A DNA stretch of 64,000 bases from an uncultured Gammaproteobacteria bacterium (GTDB lineage: Bacteria > Patescibacteriota > Microgenomatia > CAZETR01 > Amesbacteraceae), in assembly GCA_964543035.1 (NCBI GenBank), contig CAZIVL010000002.1:150948-214947 (forward strand), given 5' to 3'. Below are positions 47,415-57,127 of this stretch, one piece after another. A program made the position numbers and the translations under genes. Within the stretch, counting starts at the first letter, position 1; each line of letters begins with the position of its first letter. The notes beneath the pieces are model-generated. The model was not told the DNA's origin and made no database searches. It saw only the letters and a list, made by a program, of their open reading frames with translations.

Positions 47415-48711
47415 GCTCACAGAGTTGATGGCCGGAGATTGAGCTCATAACCAAAATTACATCGGTTGGTTTGGCTTCCGTTCCAAGAGTAGCAGCAATA
47501 TCTGTGAACTCGTTTATTAGTCGAGCTTTATTTCCTGGTAAATGGGCGTTGATATAGTCAACCAAGTTTTGGCTAGAAAAATCACCTGGATCCTTTTCTC
47601 TCGAGGCGAAAGTTTTAGCAAAGATTATTTCGTCGGCTTGTTTTAATGAAGGGGGTAGTTCTGATAGAAGAGTTTTTAGTCTGCTGAAGGTGTGAGGTTC
47701 AATAACTGCCCAGATTTTTGAATTTGGATTTTGTTCTTTGACGCCTGCAATGGTGGCAGCGAAAGCAGTAGGGTGGTTGCCGTAGTCATCGTAGACCTTA
47801 ATATTGTTTTTTTCTCCAACAAGCTCCATACGTCTAGCAGTGCCTTGAAATGAAGCAAGAGTTCTAGCTATGGTTTCAGCTGGGATTTTTAACACTTCTG
47901 CCAGCTTGATGATACCTAATGCGTTACTTTTGTTGTGGTCTCCTGCGACAGATATTTTATAATTGTAATTTGGAAATTCTTTTAGAGAATAAGGGACAAG
48001 CTTAATATCTTGTCTGGTGATTTGAGGGAGTATGTCCAATATACCTTGGGAATCGGCATTGTATATAAGAGTGCCTTCGGATTGTAGATTGTTGATAAAA
48101 GAGAGATGGGTTTTTTGCAGATTTTCCAATGTTGAAAAGTATTCAGGATGGTCTAATTCGATGTTGTTAAGAATAATTATATTTGGGTGATATGAGATAA
48201 AATTGTCATGAAATTCATCTGCCTCACTCACAAAGTAATTACCCTGACCTAATCGGATGTTGTTTTGCCATTCTTTGACAGTTGCACCTACTTCTACTGT
48301 AGGGTCGAATCCGGAATTTTCTAAAAGTAGACCAGCCATGGTAGTAGTTGTTGATTTACCATGTGTGCCGGCGATGCAAATCAATGTTTTGCCTTCATGG
48401 AGATATCTGCCCATGAATTCTTGCCATTTCATAAGGATCCCTCGTTCTTTGGCTTTTACCACTTCGGGGTGGGAATCACTTTTGTAAAAAACAGCAGGAG
48501 TAACCGCCAAGATATCGATACCCTCGAGATGGTCTTCGGAGTGACCGGAGTGAATATTGATACCAAGCTTTTTTAGAGGTTCAATGTAATTTGAATCTAC
48601 TTTGAGATCGCAGCCTGAGACTTTGTAGCCTAGATGGTGGGCGATTTGGGCCACTGCGGACATACCTGAGCCAGCTATGCCCATGAAGTGAACTTTTGAG
48701 GGCTGTTTCAT
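47395..48711 (-). CDS. murC: UDP-MurNAc--L-alanine ligase
   Basis: HFMGIAGSGMS, AGTHGKSTTT, EADE, DDYGNHP, EPHTFSR. Confidence 0.96.
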   Translation of the reverse strand: MKQPSKVHFMGIAGSGMSAVAQIAHHLGYKVSGCDLKVDSNYIEPLKKLGINIHSGHSEDHLEGIDILAVTPAVFYKSDSHPEVVKAKERGILMKWQEFMGRYLHEGKTLICIAGTHGKSTTTTMAGLLLENSGFDPTVEVGATVKEWQNNIRLGQGNYFVSEADEFHDNFISYHPNIIILNNIELDHPEYFSTLENLQKTHLSFINNLQSEGTLIYNADSQGILDILPQITRQDIKLVPYSLKEFPNYNYKISVAGDHNKSNALGIIKLAEVLKIPAETIARTLASFQGTARRMELVGEKNNIKVYDDYGNHPTAFAATIAGVKEQNPNSKIWAVIEPHTFSRLKTLLSELPPSLKQADEIIFAKTFASREKDPGDFSSQNLVDYINAHLPGNKARLINEFTDIAATLGTEAKPTDVILVMSSISGHQLCELILQAL

Positions 48712-48748
48712 TGGCAATCAGAGTATAACATTGGGATATAATAAATCT

Positions 48749-49789
48749 ATGCAGGTTTTTTTGGGATTGGCGCTTTTGACCTTTGGAATTACTTTTGCTT
48801 TGTACATTCCATTTATCAACTTCTTGTACAAAGCTAAATTTATTCGGGGAAAAGAGACGGAAGAAGTGCGAAAAAATGCATCCGCAAATTTTTATAAGAT
48901 GCGGGAGATTCACTCTAAAAAAATTGGAACGCCTACTGGAGGAGGGATACTGCAAGCGATAGTGCTTATGACAATGTTTGCCCTGACAGTTGGATGGGTG
49001 GGGACAAATATTCGAGGACTACTGTCCGGATACAGCTTTTGGTGGGAAGTGGGAATTATCTTTTCGTGCTTTATATCGTTTGGAATACTGGGATTTTATG
49101 ACGATCTGATCAAGATATTTGGGTATGAAAAATCAGGGTTCTTTGGCCTGCGGATGAGACAGAAACTCTTGATTCAAGTTGCCCTGGCTGCAATCGTCGC
49201 TGGGCTCATGCACTGGGGACTGAAAATCGATTTTGTATACGTGCCGTTTTGGGGAATTGTGAGACTTGGGATTGGATACTTCTTTTTGGCTACATTTTTG
49301 ATTGTCGCTTTTGCAAATGCATTTGATATTACAGATGGCCTAGACGGATTATCCAATGGACTGCTATTTATTTGTTTACTCGCTTTTTGGGCGATTGCGG
49401 CAGTAAACCTGGATGGGGTGTTATCACTTTTTATCGCTTTGTGGGTCGGAGTCGTGGGAGCATTTTTGTATTTCAATATTTGGCCGGCTCGTATAATGCT
49501 TGGGAATACGGGAGGATTGGCTTTTGGGGCGACACTCGCAGTCATAGGTCTTTTGTCTGGCAAGATACTGGCGCTTCTTATTATCGCTGGACTATTTGTA
49601 GTGGACGGGGGATCGAGCTTGATACAAATCCTCTCTAAAAAACTAAGAAATGGTAAAAGGGTGTTTCCAATTGCTCCTATTCATCATTGGTTGGAAATTA
49701 TTGGTTGGGAAGAACCCAAGATTGTGGCGCGGGCGTGGCTCGCTGGAATTGCACTGGCTATATTTGGACTGTGGTTGGCATTTCTCTAA
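48749..49789 (+). CDS. mraY: Phospho-MurNAc-pentapeptide transferase
   Basis: KIGTPTGGG, GFYDD, ITDGLDGL, PARIMLG, APIHH. Confidence 0.96.
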   Translation: MQVFLGLALLTFGITFALYIPFINFLYKAKFIRGKETEEVRKNASANFYKMREIHSKKIGTPTGGGILQAIVLMTMFALTVGWVGTNIRGLLSGYSFWWEVGIIFSCFISFGILGFYDDLIKIFGYEKSGFFGLRMRQKLLIQVALAAIVAGLMHWGLKIDFVYVPFWGIVRLGIGYFFLATFLIVAFANAFDITDGLDGLSNGLLFICLLAFWAIAAVNLDGVLSLFIALWVGVVGAFLYFNIWPARIMLGNTGGLAFGATLAVIGLLSGKILALLIIAGLFVVDGGSSLIQILSKKLRNGKRVFPIAPIHHWLEIIGWEEPKIVARAWLAGIALAIFGLWLAFL

Positions 49790-50289
49790 AATTGGTTGTC
49801 AAGAATCACGTCCGTTACAAGACTACCGAATTCATACGCTTCGATTTCATAGGGAACGTTATTGTAACCTAGAGTGAAAAATTGGTAGGTGTATTTGATA
49901 TCAAATTTTAGAAAACCCTCTTTTTTGTATTGAGCGGTGTGGACAAGCTCATGTGCGAAAGTGGGTACATCGAGGCTGGTCATCTGAGAAGTGAGAAAAA
50001 CGTTTTGTCCCCAAGTTATTGCCCAGGGTTTTATCCCAAATATCGTAAAAAATGATGTAAATAGACGAGTTAACCAACTGTCTTGGTAAAAACGAACGTT
50101 TCTAACATATGAGGGTTCCAAAACATAACCATATTTGTGATTTTTGATCTGAGGGTTTTCGATCAATCCCCAGTAACCAATAAAATTAATTGTACTTTCT
50201 GGGGAGAACCGCTTGGTTTCGTTTTGGACAATCAGGATCAAGAGTGCGACTGCTAGGATCGTGAAAATAACCAAGATTAAACGGCGCAT
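49786..50289 (-). CDS. Membrane-anchored HExxH protein (DUF4157-like)
   Basis: AITWG, FAHELVHTAQY, PYEIEAY. Confidence 0.75.
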   Translation of the reverse strand: MRRLILVIFTILAVALLILIVQNETKRFSPESTINFIGYWGLIENPQIKNHKYGYVLEPSYVRNVRFYQDSWLTRLFTSFFTIFGIKPWAITWGQNVFLTSQMTSLDVPTFAHELVHTAQYKKEGFLKFDIKYTYQFFTLGYNNVPYEIEAYEFGSLVTDVILDNQF

Positions 50290-50305
50290 TTGATAGAATT
50301 GTAGT

Positions 50306-51493
50306 GTGTTGAAGTGGTACGTGCAAAGGATAAAAAACATCTGGCATTGGGTGAGGTCCTTGTTTTGGGTGGTCTACTATGGCTATCCTGCCCGTAAACT
50401 TACTGTAATTGGTGTTACGGGAACGGATGGGAAGACGACGACGTCTACCCTAATCTATGAAATACTGCAGGCTGCAGGAATAAAGACCGGTCTGATCACA
50501 ACTGTGTCAGCCAGGATTGGGGATGAGGAGCTGGATACTGGACTACATACGACTAATCCAGATGCAAAGCATCTGCAGCCAATTCTCAAAAAGATGGTAG
50601 AGAAGGGGATTACGCATGTTGTACTTGAAGTGACGGCTCACGGATTGGATCAACATCGGGTGCTAGGATGCAACTTCAAAATAGCAGTATTCACAAATAT
50701 CTCGCACGAGCATCTGGATGATTTTGGGACTATGGAAAAGTATGCTGCGGCGAAAGCAAAACTGTTCAGAAGTGTTGAATACGCTGTTGTGAACAAAGAC
50801 GATGAACACTTGGACTGGATCCTTCCCCCGCAGCTGCGGGGTCAGGATGACACGAAAGTGATCGAGTATGGGAAAGCAGAAATAAAAGAAGTAAGCGAGC
50901 CTTTGAAGGGGGAATATAACAAATATAATATTGCAGCTTCTTTGGCTGTCGCCGAAGTATTGGGTATCAAGTATCAAGTATCGAGTATGGCGATAAAGAA
51001 TTTTGGGGGAGTCTTGGGGCGGAGAGAAGAAGTGAAGAATGATAAAGGGTTCAAAGTGTATGTGGATTTTGCCCACACGCCAAATGGGCTGAAAAGTATC
51101 TTGACGCAACTGAGGTCTGAGACAAAAAAGAAACTGATCGTGGTATTTGGGTGCACCGGGGAAAGAGATCAGACTAAGCGCCCCATCATGGGGAAAATTG
51201 CTGCTGATATCGCTGATGTCGTGGTGGTTACCTCCGACGATACTAGGAGAGAAAGTCAGGACGAGATTTATGAGCAAATCGTATCTGGTATTAAGTATCA
51301 GGTATCAAGCATGGAGAAAATACACAAAATTAATGATAGGCGGGAGGCAATAAAATTTGCAATTGGGATGGCCAAAAAGGGCGATATAGTGCTACTGGCT
51401 GGTAAGGGGCATGAGAAATCGATCAACTTGGGTGGGGTGGAGCATCCTTGGTCGGATGTAGAGATCGCCCGTGATATTATAATGAACGCATGA
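50306..51493 (+). CDS. murE: UDP-MurNAc-dipeptide--amino acid ligase
   Basis: VTGTDGKTTT, EVTAHGL, VDFAHTP, GCTGERD, AGKGHE. Confidence 0.95.
   Translation: MLKWYVQRIKNIWHWVRSLFWVVYYGYPARKLTVIGVTGTDGKTTTSTLIYEILQAAGIKTGLITTVSARIGDEELDTGLHTTNPDAKHLQPILKKMVEKGITHVVLEVTAHGLDQHRVLGCNFKIAVFTNISHEHLDDFGTMEKYAAAKAKLFRSVEYAVVNKDDEHLDWILPPQLRGQDDTKVIEYGKAEIKEVSEPLKGEYNKYNIAASLAVAEVLGIKYQVSSMAIKNFGGVLGRREEVKNDKGFKVYVDFAHTPNGLKSILTQLRSETKKKLIVVFGCTGERDQTKRPIMGKIAADIADVVVVTSDDTRRESQDEIYEQIVSGIKYQVSSMEKIHKINDRREAIKFAIGMAKKGDIVLLAGKGHEKSINLGGVEHPWSDVEIARDIIMNA
50816..50852. repeat. REP-like palindrome (family A) in frame within murE
   Basis: TGGATCCTTCCCCCGCAGCTGCGGGGTCAGGATGACA, encoding WILPPQLRGQDD. 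Confidence 0.7.
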
Positions 51494-52581
51494 GAAGGTG
51501 GAACATGTTTAGGAAGGACCTGGTGCAGTACGTCTTGGCATGGGGGAACTTTTTGTACAAACGGGCTTACAAATGGTTTGCCGGATTTGAGTGGGTAAAG
51601 AAACTTCTGGCCCAGGTGCTGTATAAGCAAAGAGGACGATTTACGAGACCATTTATGCACACTGCCATGGGGGGACTCGTGGCTCTGGCTGTCACACTCG
51701 CTCCGATACTGGCTTCATCGATTCCCGGAATTGGACCGGCTCTGGCTCAGGAAGAGGATCTGCCCATAAGTGTCATGGAAGCGAGCTTTACGGAAACTGC
51801 CTGGACTGCATCTGACAAGGTGCGTGATAAGACTTTGGAATATGAAGTGCAGCCAGGAGACACAGTGTCTGCCGTGGCGGAAAAATACGGGGTGTCTGCT
51901 GACACGATCCGGTGGGAAAACGGGATGACCTCTGCAAATCAAATCAAACCTGGCCAGAAGCTAAAGATCCTACCTGTGTCAGGAGTCCGGCACAAGGTAA
52001 CTCGAGGGGAGACGGTGTACTCGATTGCCAAGAAATACAGCGCCAATGCTCAGGCGATAGTCGATTTTCCTTTTAATACCTTTGCTGACAATGAGTCTTT
52101 TGCCTTGGAAGTGGGGCAGGACCTAATCGTGCCGGATGGTAAGAAACCGAGTGAAGTGCCGTGGTCGCCACTTCAGAATGTGGCGCGCAGGACCCCTGAT
52201 GCGGGAGCCGTGTCTGCAATTGGGCAGTTTGCTTGGCCCATGGGAGGAGTCATCACCCAGAACTTCGCTTGGTATCACCGAGGTGTGGATATTGCGACCG
52301 CGCATGGGACACCGATTGTGGCTGCTGACTCTGGCCGGGTAACCGTGGCTGGTTGGCCGGACAATGGAGGGTATGGGAACCGGGTGATGATAGATCATGG
52401 CAATGGTTACACGACTCTGTATGCCCACATGTCCAAAATCTATGTAACTGCCGGACAGACGGTAAAACGAGGCGACACACTAGGTCTGGAGGGGTCTACA
52501 GGGCGCTCAACTGGCCCACACTTGCACTTTGAGATCAGGAAAAATGGGGTGTTTGTAAGCCCCTTGCAGTACCTAAAGTAA
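51490..52581 (+). CDS. LysM x2 + M23 peptidase
   Basis: YEVQPGDTVS, HKVTRGET, HRGVD, YAHM, STGPHLHFE. Confidence 0.95.
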   Translation: MRRWNMFRKDLVQYVLAWGNFLYKRAYKWFAGFEWVKKLLAQVLYKQRGRFTRPFMHTAMGGLVALAVTLAPILASSIPGIGPALAQEEDLPISVMEASFTETAWTASDKVRDKTLEYEVQPGDTVSAVAEKYGVSADTIRWENGMTSANQIKPGQKLKILPVSGVRHKVTRGETVYSIAKKYSANAQAIVDFPFNTFADNESFALEVGQDLIVPDGKKPSEVPWSPLQNVARRTPDAGAVSAIGQFAWPMGGVITQNFAWYHRGVDIATAHGTPIVAADSGRVTVAGWPDNGGYGNRVMIDHGNGYTTLYAHMSKIYVTAGQTVKRGDTLGLEGSTGRSTGPHLHFEIRKNGVFVSPLQYLK

Positions 52582-52669
52582 GGCCAGATGGACCATTTGT
52601 GGTACAATACACCCTAGAACCCAAGTTTTTGAAAGCCCTTGGGACTAACTAAAAGGAGGTGAATCCCAA

Positions 52670-52963
52670 GTGCAAGATCAACAACTAACATGTAAAGATT
52701 GTGGAAATCAGTTTGTATGGACTGTAGGTGAGCAGAAGTTCTACCAAGAAAAAGGTTTTACGAATCCTCCTACTCGTTGTCCAGACTGTAGATCCAAGAA
52801 GAAAAATGAGATGAGAGGTGGTGGAAACGATCGTGGTGGAAACCGAGTGAGCTTTACTATTACCTGTTCTAATTGTGGCAAGCAAGACACTGTACCGTTT
52901 GAACCCCGTGGTGACAGACCAGTTTTGTGTCGCGATTGTTTCAGGAGTAACAAGAGCCACTAA
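52670..52963 (+). CDS. Double zinc-ribbon (CxxC-x17-CxxC) protein
   Basis: LTCKDCG...EQKFY..KGF.N.P.RCPDCR; CSNCG...PFEP..DRPVLCRDCF; strong SD. Confidence 0.9.
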   Translation: MQDQQLTCKDCGNQFVWTVGEQKFYQEKGFTNPPTRCPDCRSKKKNEMRGGGNDRGGNRVSFTITCSNCGKQDTVPFEPRGDRPVLCRDCFRSNKSH

Positions 52964-52984
52964 ACGCTTCGCGTTTAAAAAAGA

Positions 52985-53010
52985 AAACCCCGCTGACGAG
53001 CGGGGTTTTT
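52985..53010 (+). terminator. Intrinsic terminator (probably bidirectional)
   Basis: AAAACCCCGCT-GACG-AGCGGGGTTTTT. Confidence 0.8.
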
Positions 53011-53011
53011 G

Positions 53012-53117
53012 TTTGTGGATTCTAGGGGAATATGAAAGGAGACCTACCACTCGCTTACGCTTGTGGATCCTTTCATACTTCTCACTTCGTTCGCAGTTGA
53101 ACAATTCCTCCTGGGAC
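53012..53117. repeat. tRNA-3'-end-derived hairpin element
   Basis: TTTGTGGATTCTAGGGGAAT is 18/20 identical to 53149-53168; TATGAAAGGA/TCCTTTCATA stem. Confidence 0.55.
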
Positions 53118-53152
53118 AAAAAAATTCCAGGATAAACCCTGGAATTTCTTTG

Positions 53153-53223
53153 TGGACCCTAGGGGAATTGAACCCCTTTCTCATCCATGCCATGGACGCA
53201 TTCTACCGGTGAACTAAGGGCCC
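53153..53223 (-). tRNA. tRNA-Ala(GGC)
   Basis: Minus strand GGGCCCT...AGGGTCCA, G3:U70, anticodon loop ATGGCAT. Confidence 0.93.
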
Positions 53224-53252
53224 TTGGACTGAGGCTATTTTAGCAAATATGT

Positions 53253-53489
53253 TTATATTTGGGACGTTGGAGGATGATTGATGTGCGCATTGAACCTGTT
53301 TTCGAGTTTCCAACGACCTTTGTCTAAAGCTCCTACAGAAAATTCCAAATCTTTCCTAAGTTTGTTTATAGCCCTTGTCACTGGTTTTAACTCGTCTTTT
53401 ACAATGGAACGAACGATCTGAGAGGTTTGAATTTGAATCTCCTCTTTTACAGCGGTGCGAATGTTGGATAGATCGGATTTGGTAAGCAT
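53253..53489 (-). CDS. Small coiled-coil hypothetical protein
   Basis: MLTKSDLSNIR..V...; 78 aa heptad pattern. Confidence 0.65.
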   Translation of the reverse strand: MLTKSDLSNIRTAVKEEIQIQTSQIVRSIVKDELKPVTRAINKLRKDLEFSVGALDKGRWKLENRFNAHINHPPTSQI

Positions 53490-53520
53490 GTTCTAAAGAT
53501 ATGATATGGAAAGTGGGGTG

Positions 53521-54027
53521 TCAATTGCGATTTTTAGCGCTCCATTTGCGTAAATCAACAAAAGCCTTGGTTACGCTTTGCATCGGACTGGTGGGGAGAT
53601 TTGAGATAGGATGCCACTCGATTTTTGCCACATCATCGTGGACTATGGGTGTACCGGTTGTGATTTTTCCCACAAAGAAGATATCAAGAGTTTTGATATG
53701 TTTGGAGCCATACTCGTTTATATAGAAGCCTAACAAATCAAAGATTTTTATTTCTACACCCAACTCTTCTGTGATCTCTCTTCTTATTCCAGTTTCTGGT
53801 AGTTCGCCATTTTCTAAGAAGCCTCCCGGGATGTCATATTTACCTTTGTAAGGTTCGATGCCGCGTTTTGTTAACAGTACAAGGTCATTTTTTATTAAAA
53901 AAATACCTACGCAAGGTTTGGAATTTTGAAAAAAAATGAATTTACATGAGGTGCATTTGGGATATGGGCCAGATAGATCAAGAATGGCTCCGCACTTGGG
54001 ACAGAAATGATAAGGAAAATCATCCAT
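53521..54027 (-). CDS. NUDIX hydrolase with N-terminal zinc ribbon
   Basis: FCPKCG, CTSC, Nudix box GGFLENGELPETGIRREITEELG; start reset to ATG 54027 because the longer ORF overlaps a tRNA. Confidence 0.9.
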   Translation of the reverse strand: MDDFPYHFCPKCGAILDLSGPYPKCTSCKFIFFQNSKPCVGIFLIKNDLVLLTKRGIEPYKGKYDIPGGFLENGELPETGIRREITEELGVEIKIFDLLGFYINEYGSKHIKTLDIFFVGKITTGTPIVHDDVAKIEWHPISNLPTSPMQSVTKAFVDLRKWSAKNRN

Positions 54028-54028
54028 G

Positions 54029-54099
54029 TGGACCATGGGGGGATCGCACCCCCGTATCCGCAATGCGAATGCGGCGCACTACTACTATGCTAATGGCCC
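54029..54099 (-). tRNA. tRNA-Ala(CGC), atypical D/T loops
   Basis: Minus strand GGGCCAT...ATGGTCCA; anticodon arm CCGCA-TTCGCAT-TGCGG; T loop TGCGATC. Confidence 0.85.
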
Positions 54100-54123
54100 A
54101 GTGGCAGTGATTTTAACAAATAC

Positions 54124-56157
54124 TCACTGGATGGGGCCGGAGATCGGTGTGGGGGTCGGTTCTGGACCGAGTTCTGAAGGCAATTGAATAGGTGTAATCT
54201 TGGGTGATGGAAGTAGCTCGGGAGTTTCTAGCTCGGTAGGAGCCGGAATTGCTGGAATGTTGGATGGCTCTTGAGGGAGGCCAGCGAGCTTTTTTAGATT
54301 TTCGAGCTCGGACGAGGCTTTGGCATAGTCGGCGGAGGTATTGTCTACAAGTTTCACTACTTGGGTCATGGACTCGACTGCCTTGGGATAATCTTTTTTC
54401 TCGCGGTAGGCGGCTGATAGATTGTAATAGGCATTGGCCAGATCTGGCTTGAGCTCAATGGCTTGGCCAAAGAGCTTGATGGCGTCATCGTAGTTTTTTA
54501 GCGAGAAAAAGATTCCACCGGTGGCAATGCGCAGATTTGGATTGGTTGGGTCTAGGCGAATGGCTTGGGCATAGGTGGTCAGTGTCCAGTCCTCGGCCCC
54601 CTGGGCGGATCCGATCAGACTTTTGTAGACGGTGGCCAAGTTTTCGACATTGGCAACCTTTTTGGGATTGAGAGAGACGGCATTTTTGGCCTCTCTGATG
54701 GCAAGTTGCGCTAGCTGGGAAATGGTGGTTCGGTCAGTGTCGGTTAGGTCAGTTTTACTAGCCACTGAGTTTGCCAGCAGGAGATTGGTTTGAGAATAGG
54801 CTACGCGATAGGTGTCTTGATAAGGATTGGTCTTGTAGGCTCGTTCCAGATTGTCGTAGATGACTTTGCCATCGTTTTTTGCTGCCGCAAGAATAGATCT
54901 TTGGAAATAGACGTCTGCCAGATACACTCGATAAATGCCTACAGTCGATGGAATTGCTACGCCGAGACTAATGACCAGCACTATCCAGGGGAGGATGGCT
55001 GATTTGTGACCGGTCTCGACTGAAGCTACTAGATCAATACTGGCTTCGTGAACGAGACTTGAGCCCATGAGCTTGAGGGCGAGAGTGGCAAGGGTGAGGA
55101 GTATCATGATGAGGTATAGGACGAGAAGAGAGGTCGGAAGAAAAATTTGGCTGACAAATAGTAGGACACTACTTGTTCCCAGACCTAAGAAAAGAATGCG
55201 AAGAGGAGACTCGGAAGAAGTGCGAGAGACTTTAGTGAGTGTGGTGATGACTCTACTGACCAGAAATAGATAGGCAAAAAGACCCATGATGCCAATTGTG
55301 GCCAAGATCTCGAGATAATAATTGCTGGCATTTGCAAATCTTACGGACCAGTAAGGAGTCAGATTGTACGCTAGAGGTTTGTACTGAGTGAAACTACTAA
55401 TATATGTGGAAGGGCCGGTGCCAAAGAGCGGTGAGACCTTGAGAGTCTCGAGAGCAATGGCCCAAGAAGTGGAGATAGGCAGGAAAATGGGTTTGTTTGT
55501 GGAACTTGCGCCAAATAGTCTGTATCCCAAGAGACTTGAGCCGCCGACTGTCAATAAGAGGACTGCCCCAAGAAACAACGATCTGGGAGAACCAAGCTTT
55601 TCTTTTACTAAAAGTGTGAGGAGGGCTGGAACACAACTGGCCAAAGCAATAAGAGTGGTGAGACTGCCGCCAGTCGGGGTCCAAAGATTTGATCTCAAAA
55701 ATCCTGCAGGCAAAAGTGATGTGATAAGGCCAGATCCCCAAATCAGAGTCAAAATGGCCAGAAGTGAGATAGAGGCTAGTAAGCTGTAGAACAAGATCTC
55801 TAGCTGACGCCTGGTCTTGATAATATTTGTGGCTACAAAAAATATAACGACTAGGGAAATCACGGCCCCGGTTTGGCCAGGATCAAACAGTGCGTCTACG
55901 CGGTTGGGAGAAGACATTATTGTAGAAGCAATCCAAGAAGCCAAGAATATTGCCAATGGTAGGCCGAAGGGGGATCTGACAAGCTTTACTTGTTTGGAAA
56001 GAACTGTACTGATGGACCATGAAACCAAAAGTATAACTGCACTGATCATAAGAAGCGTTTGTTTGTTGAAATCGTAGATCTCCTGGGTAAAAGGCAAAAA
56101 GAATATGGGTGTCAGAAAAATGGTGATGGTTAGGATCCAGAAGGAAATCTTGTTCAT
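54124..56157 (-). CDS. Multi-TM O-antigen ligase-like/oligosaccharyltransferase-like protein with C-terminal TPR repeats
   Basis: About 12 TMs; W..AL..LK.SPLFGTGP motif; TPRs AIRLDPTN, AIELKPDLANAYYNL. Confidence 0.8.
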   Translation of the reverse strand: MNKISFWILTITIFLTPIFFLPFTQEIYDFNKQTLLMISAVILLVSWSISTVLSKQVKLVRSPFGLPLAIFLASWIASTIMSSPNRVDALFDPGQTGAVISLVVIFFVATNIIKTRRQLEILFYSLLASISLLAILTLIWGSGLITSLLPAGFLRSNLWTPTGGSLTTLIALASCVPALLTLLVKEKLGSPRSLFLGAVLLLTVGGSSLLGYRLFGASSTNKPIFLPISTSWAIALETLKVSPLFGTGPSTYISSFTQYKPLAYNLTPYWSVRFANASNYYLEILATIGIMGLFAYLFLVSRVITTLTKVSRTSSESPLRILFLGLGTSSVLLFVSQIFLPTSLLVLYLIMILLTLATLALKLMGSSLVHEASIDLVASVETGHKSAILPWIVLVISLGVAIPSTVGIYRVYLADVYFQRSILAAAKNDGKVIYDNLERAYKTNPYQDTYRVAYSQTNLLLANSVASKTDLTDTDRTTISQLAQLAIREAKNAVSLNPKKVANVENLATVYKSLIGSAQGAEDWTLTTYAQAIRLDPTNPNLRIATGGIFFSLKNYDDAIKLFGQAIELKPDLANAYYNLSAAYREKKDYPKAVESMTQVVKLVDNTSADYAKASSELENLKKLAGLPQEPSNIPAIPAPTELETPELLPSPKITPIQLPSELGPEPTPTPISGPIQ

Positions 56158-56207
56158 AATCTATTATTAGGATGTATAAGCAAGCAAGTCAAGAAGAAAT
56201 ATGTATG

Positions 56208-56239
56208 AGGTCAGACCTATTGTATACTAGGACTGACCT
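56208..56239. repeat. AGGTNNNACCT-type mini-palindromes beside the transposase
   Basis: AGGTCAGACCT (56208-56218), AGGACTGACCT (56229-56239); related AGGTTAAACCT at 57274-57284. Confidence 0.55.
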
Positions 56240-56917
56240 ATGCCGTCTAAATACAGAATCAAGGATTATGAAAGTAATTGCTATTACCATATATATAATA
56301 GAGGAATAGATGGAAAGGTCGTTTTTGGAGACGAACAAGATTATCTGTATTTTGAAAAGCTGCTAGCTGGATATCTAGAACAAGTGCAACAGGAGACTGG
56401 ACCATATAAAGAAGCAAAGCCCTCGCTGATAAAAAGAAAACTACAAATGAGCTTGATGGGGAAAGTCACATTAATCGCGTATTGCCTAATGCCTGATCAT
56501 TATCACTTGCTAGTTAAGCAAGATGATCCAATCGGGATTACAAAACTAGTTAGACGGCTGATGACTGGGTATGTGATGTATTTTAATAAGAGATACGGGA
56601 GGAGGGGGCCGCTTTTTGAAAATGTGTATCGGGCAGTAAAGACCTCTGATGAGAAACAGGTGATGGCAGTGGGGAGACTGATCCACCTAAACCCGAGAAA
56701 CAGGGAAAAAAAGCGATTCGGGCTAGTAGAGACGATTTCGGGTACCAACCCCCAGGAGTACCCATACTCAAGTTATAAGAGATATATAGGTACTAATAAC
56801 AATAACTGGGTAAATCCTGTATATGGGGGAATGAGCGTAGAAGAGTACCGAAGATATGTCGAATCGCCCAAATCTGAGGCTGATTCGGAAATAAATGAGT
56901 TGATGATAGATGAGTAA
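56240..56917 (+). mobile_element. REP-associated tyrosine (Y1/HUH, IS200-like) transposase
   Basis: YHIYNRG, AYCLMPDHYHLLV (HUH), YVMYFNKRY.R.G.LF, IHLNP, YPYSSY. Confidence 0.9.
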
Positions 56918-56926
56918 AAGAGGGAT

Positions 56927-57127
56927 TTAAGACTGTCGAGTATTATCTGTACTCTGATTTGAATTATCTTTTGGCAAGTCGAGGGCGATGTCAGTACTGA
57001 TCGCAAGTTTGCCATCTGGTCCCTGAACAAAGGTTAAGGGTATTATTGTCTCTTCACGATTGCCCTCCTCGTCATATACTTGGACTTCCTTAACTTGATT
57101 ACCGTGAGTGGGATTGTCGATGCCCAT
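56927..57127 (-). CDS. Small hypothetical protein
   Basis: 66 aa; TATAAT 6 nt before ATG. Confidence 0.5.
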   Translation of the reverse strand: MGIDNPTHGNQVKEVQVYDEEGNREETIIPLTFVQGPDGKLAISTDIALDLPKDNSNQSTDNTRQS

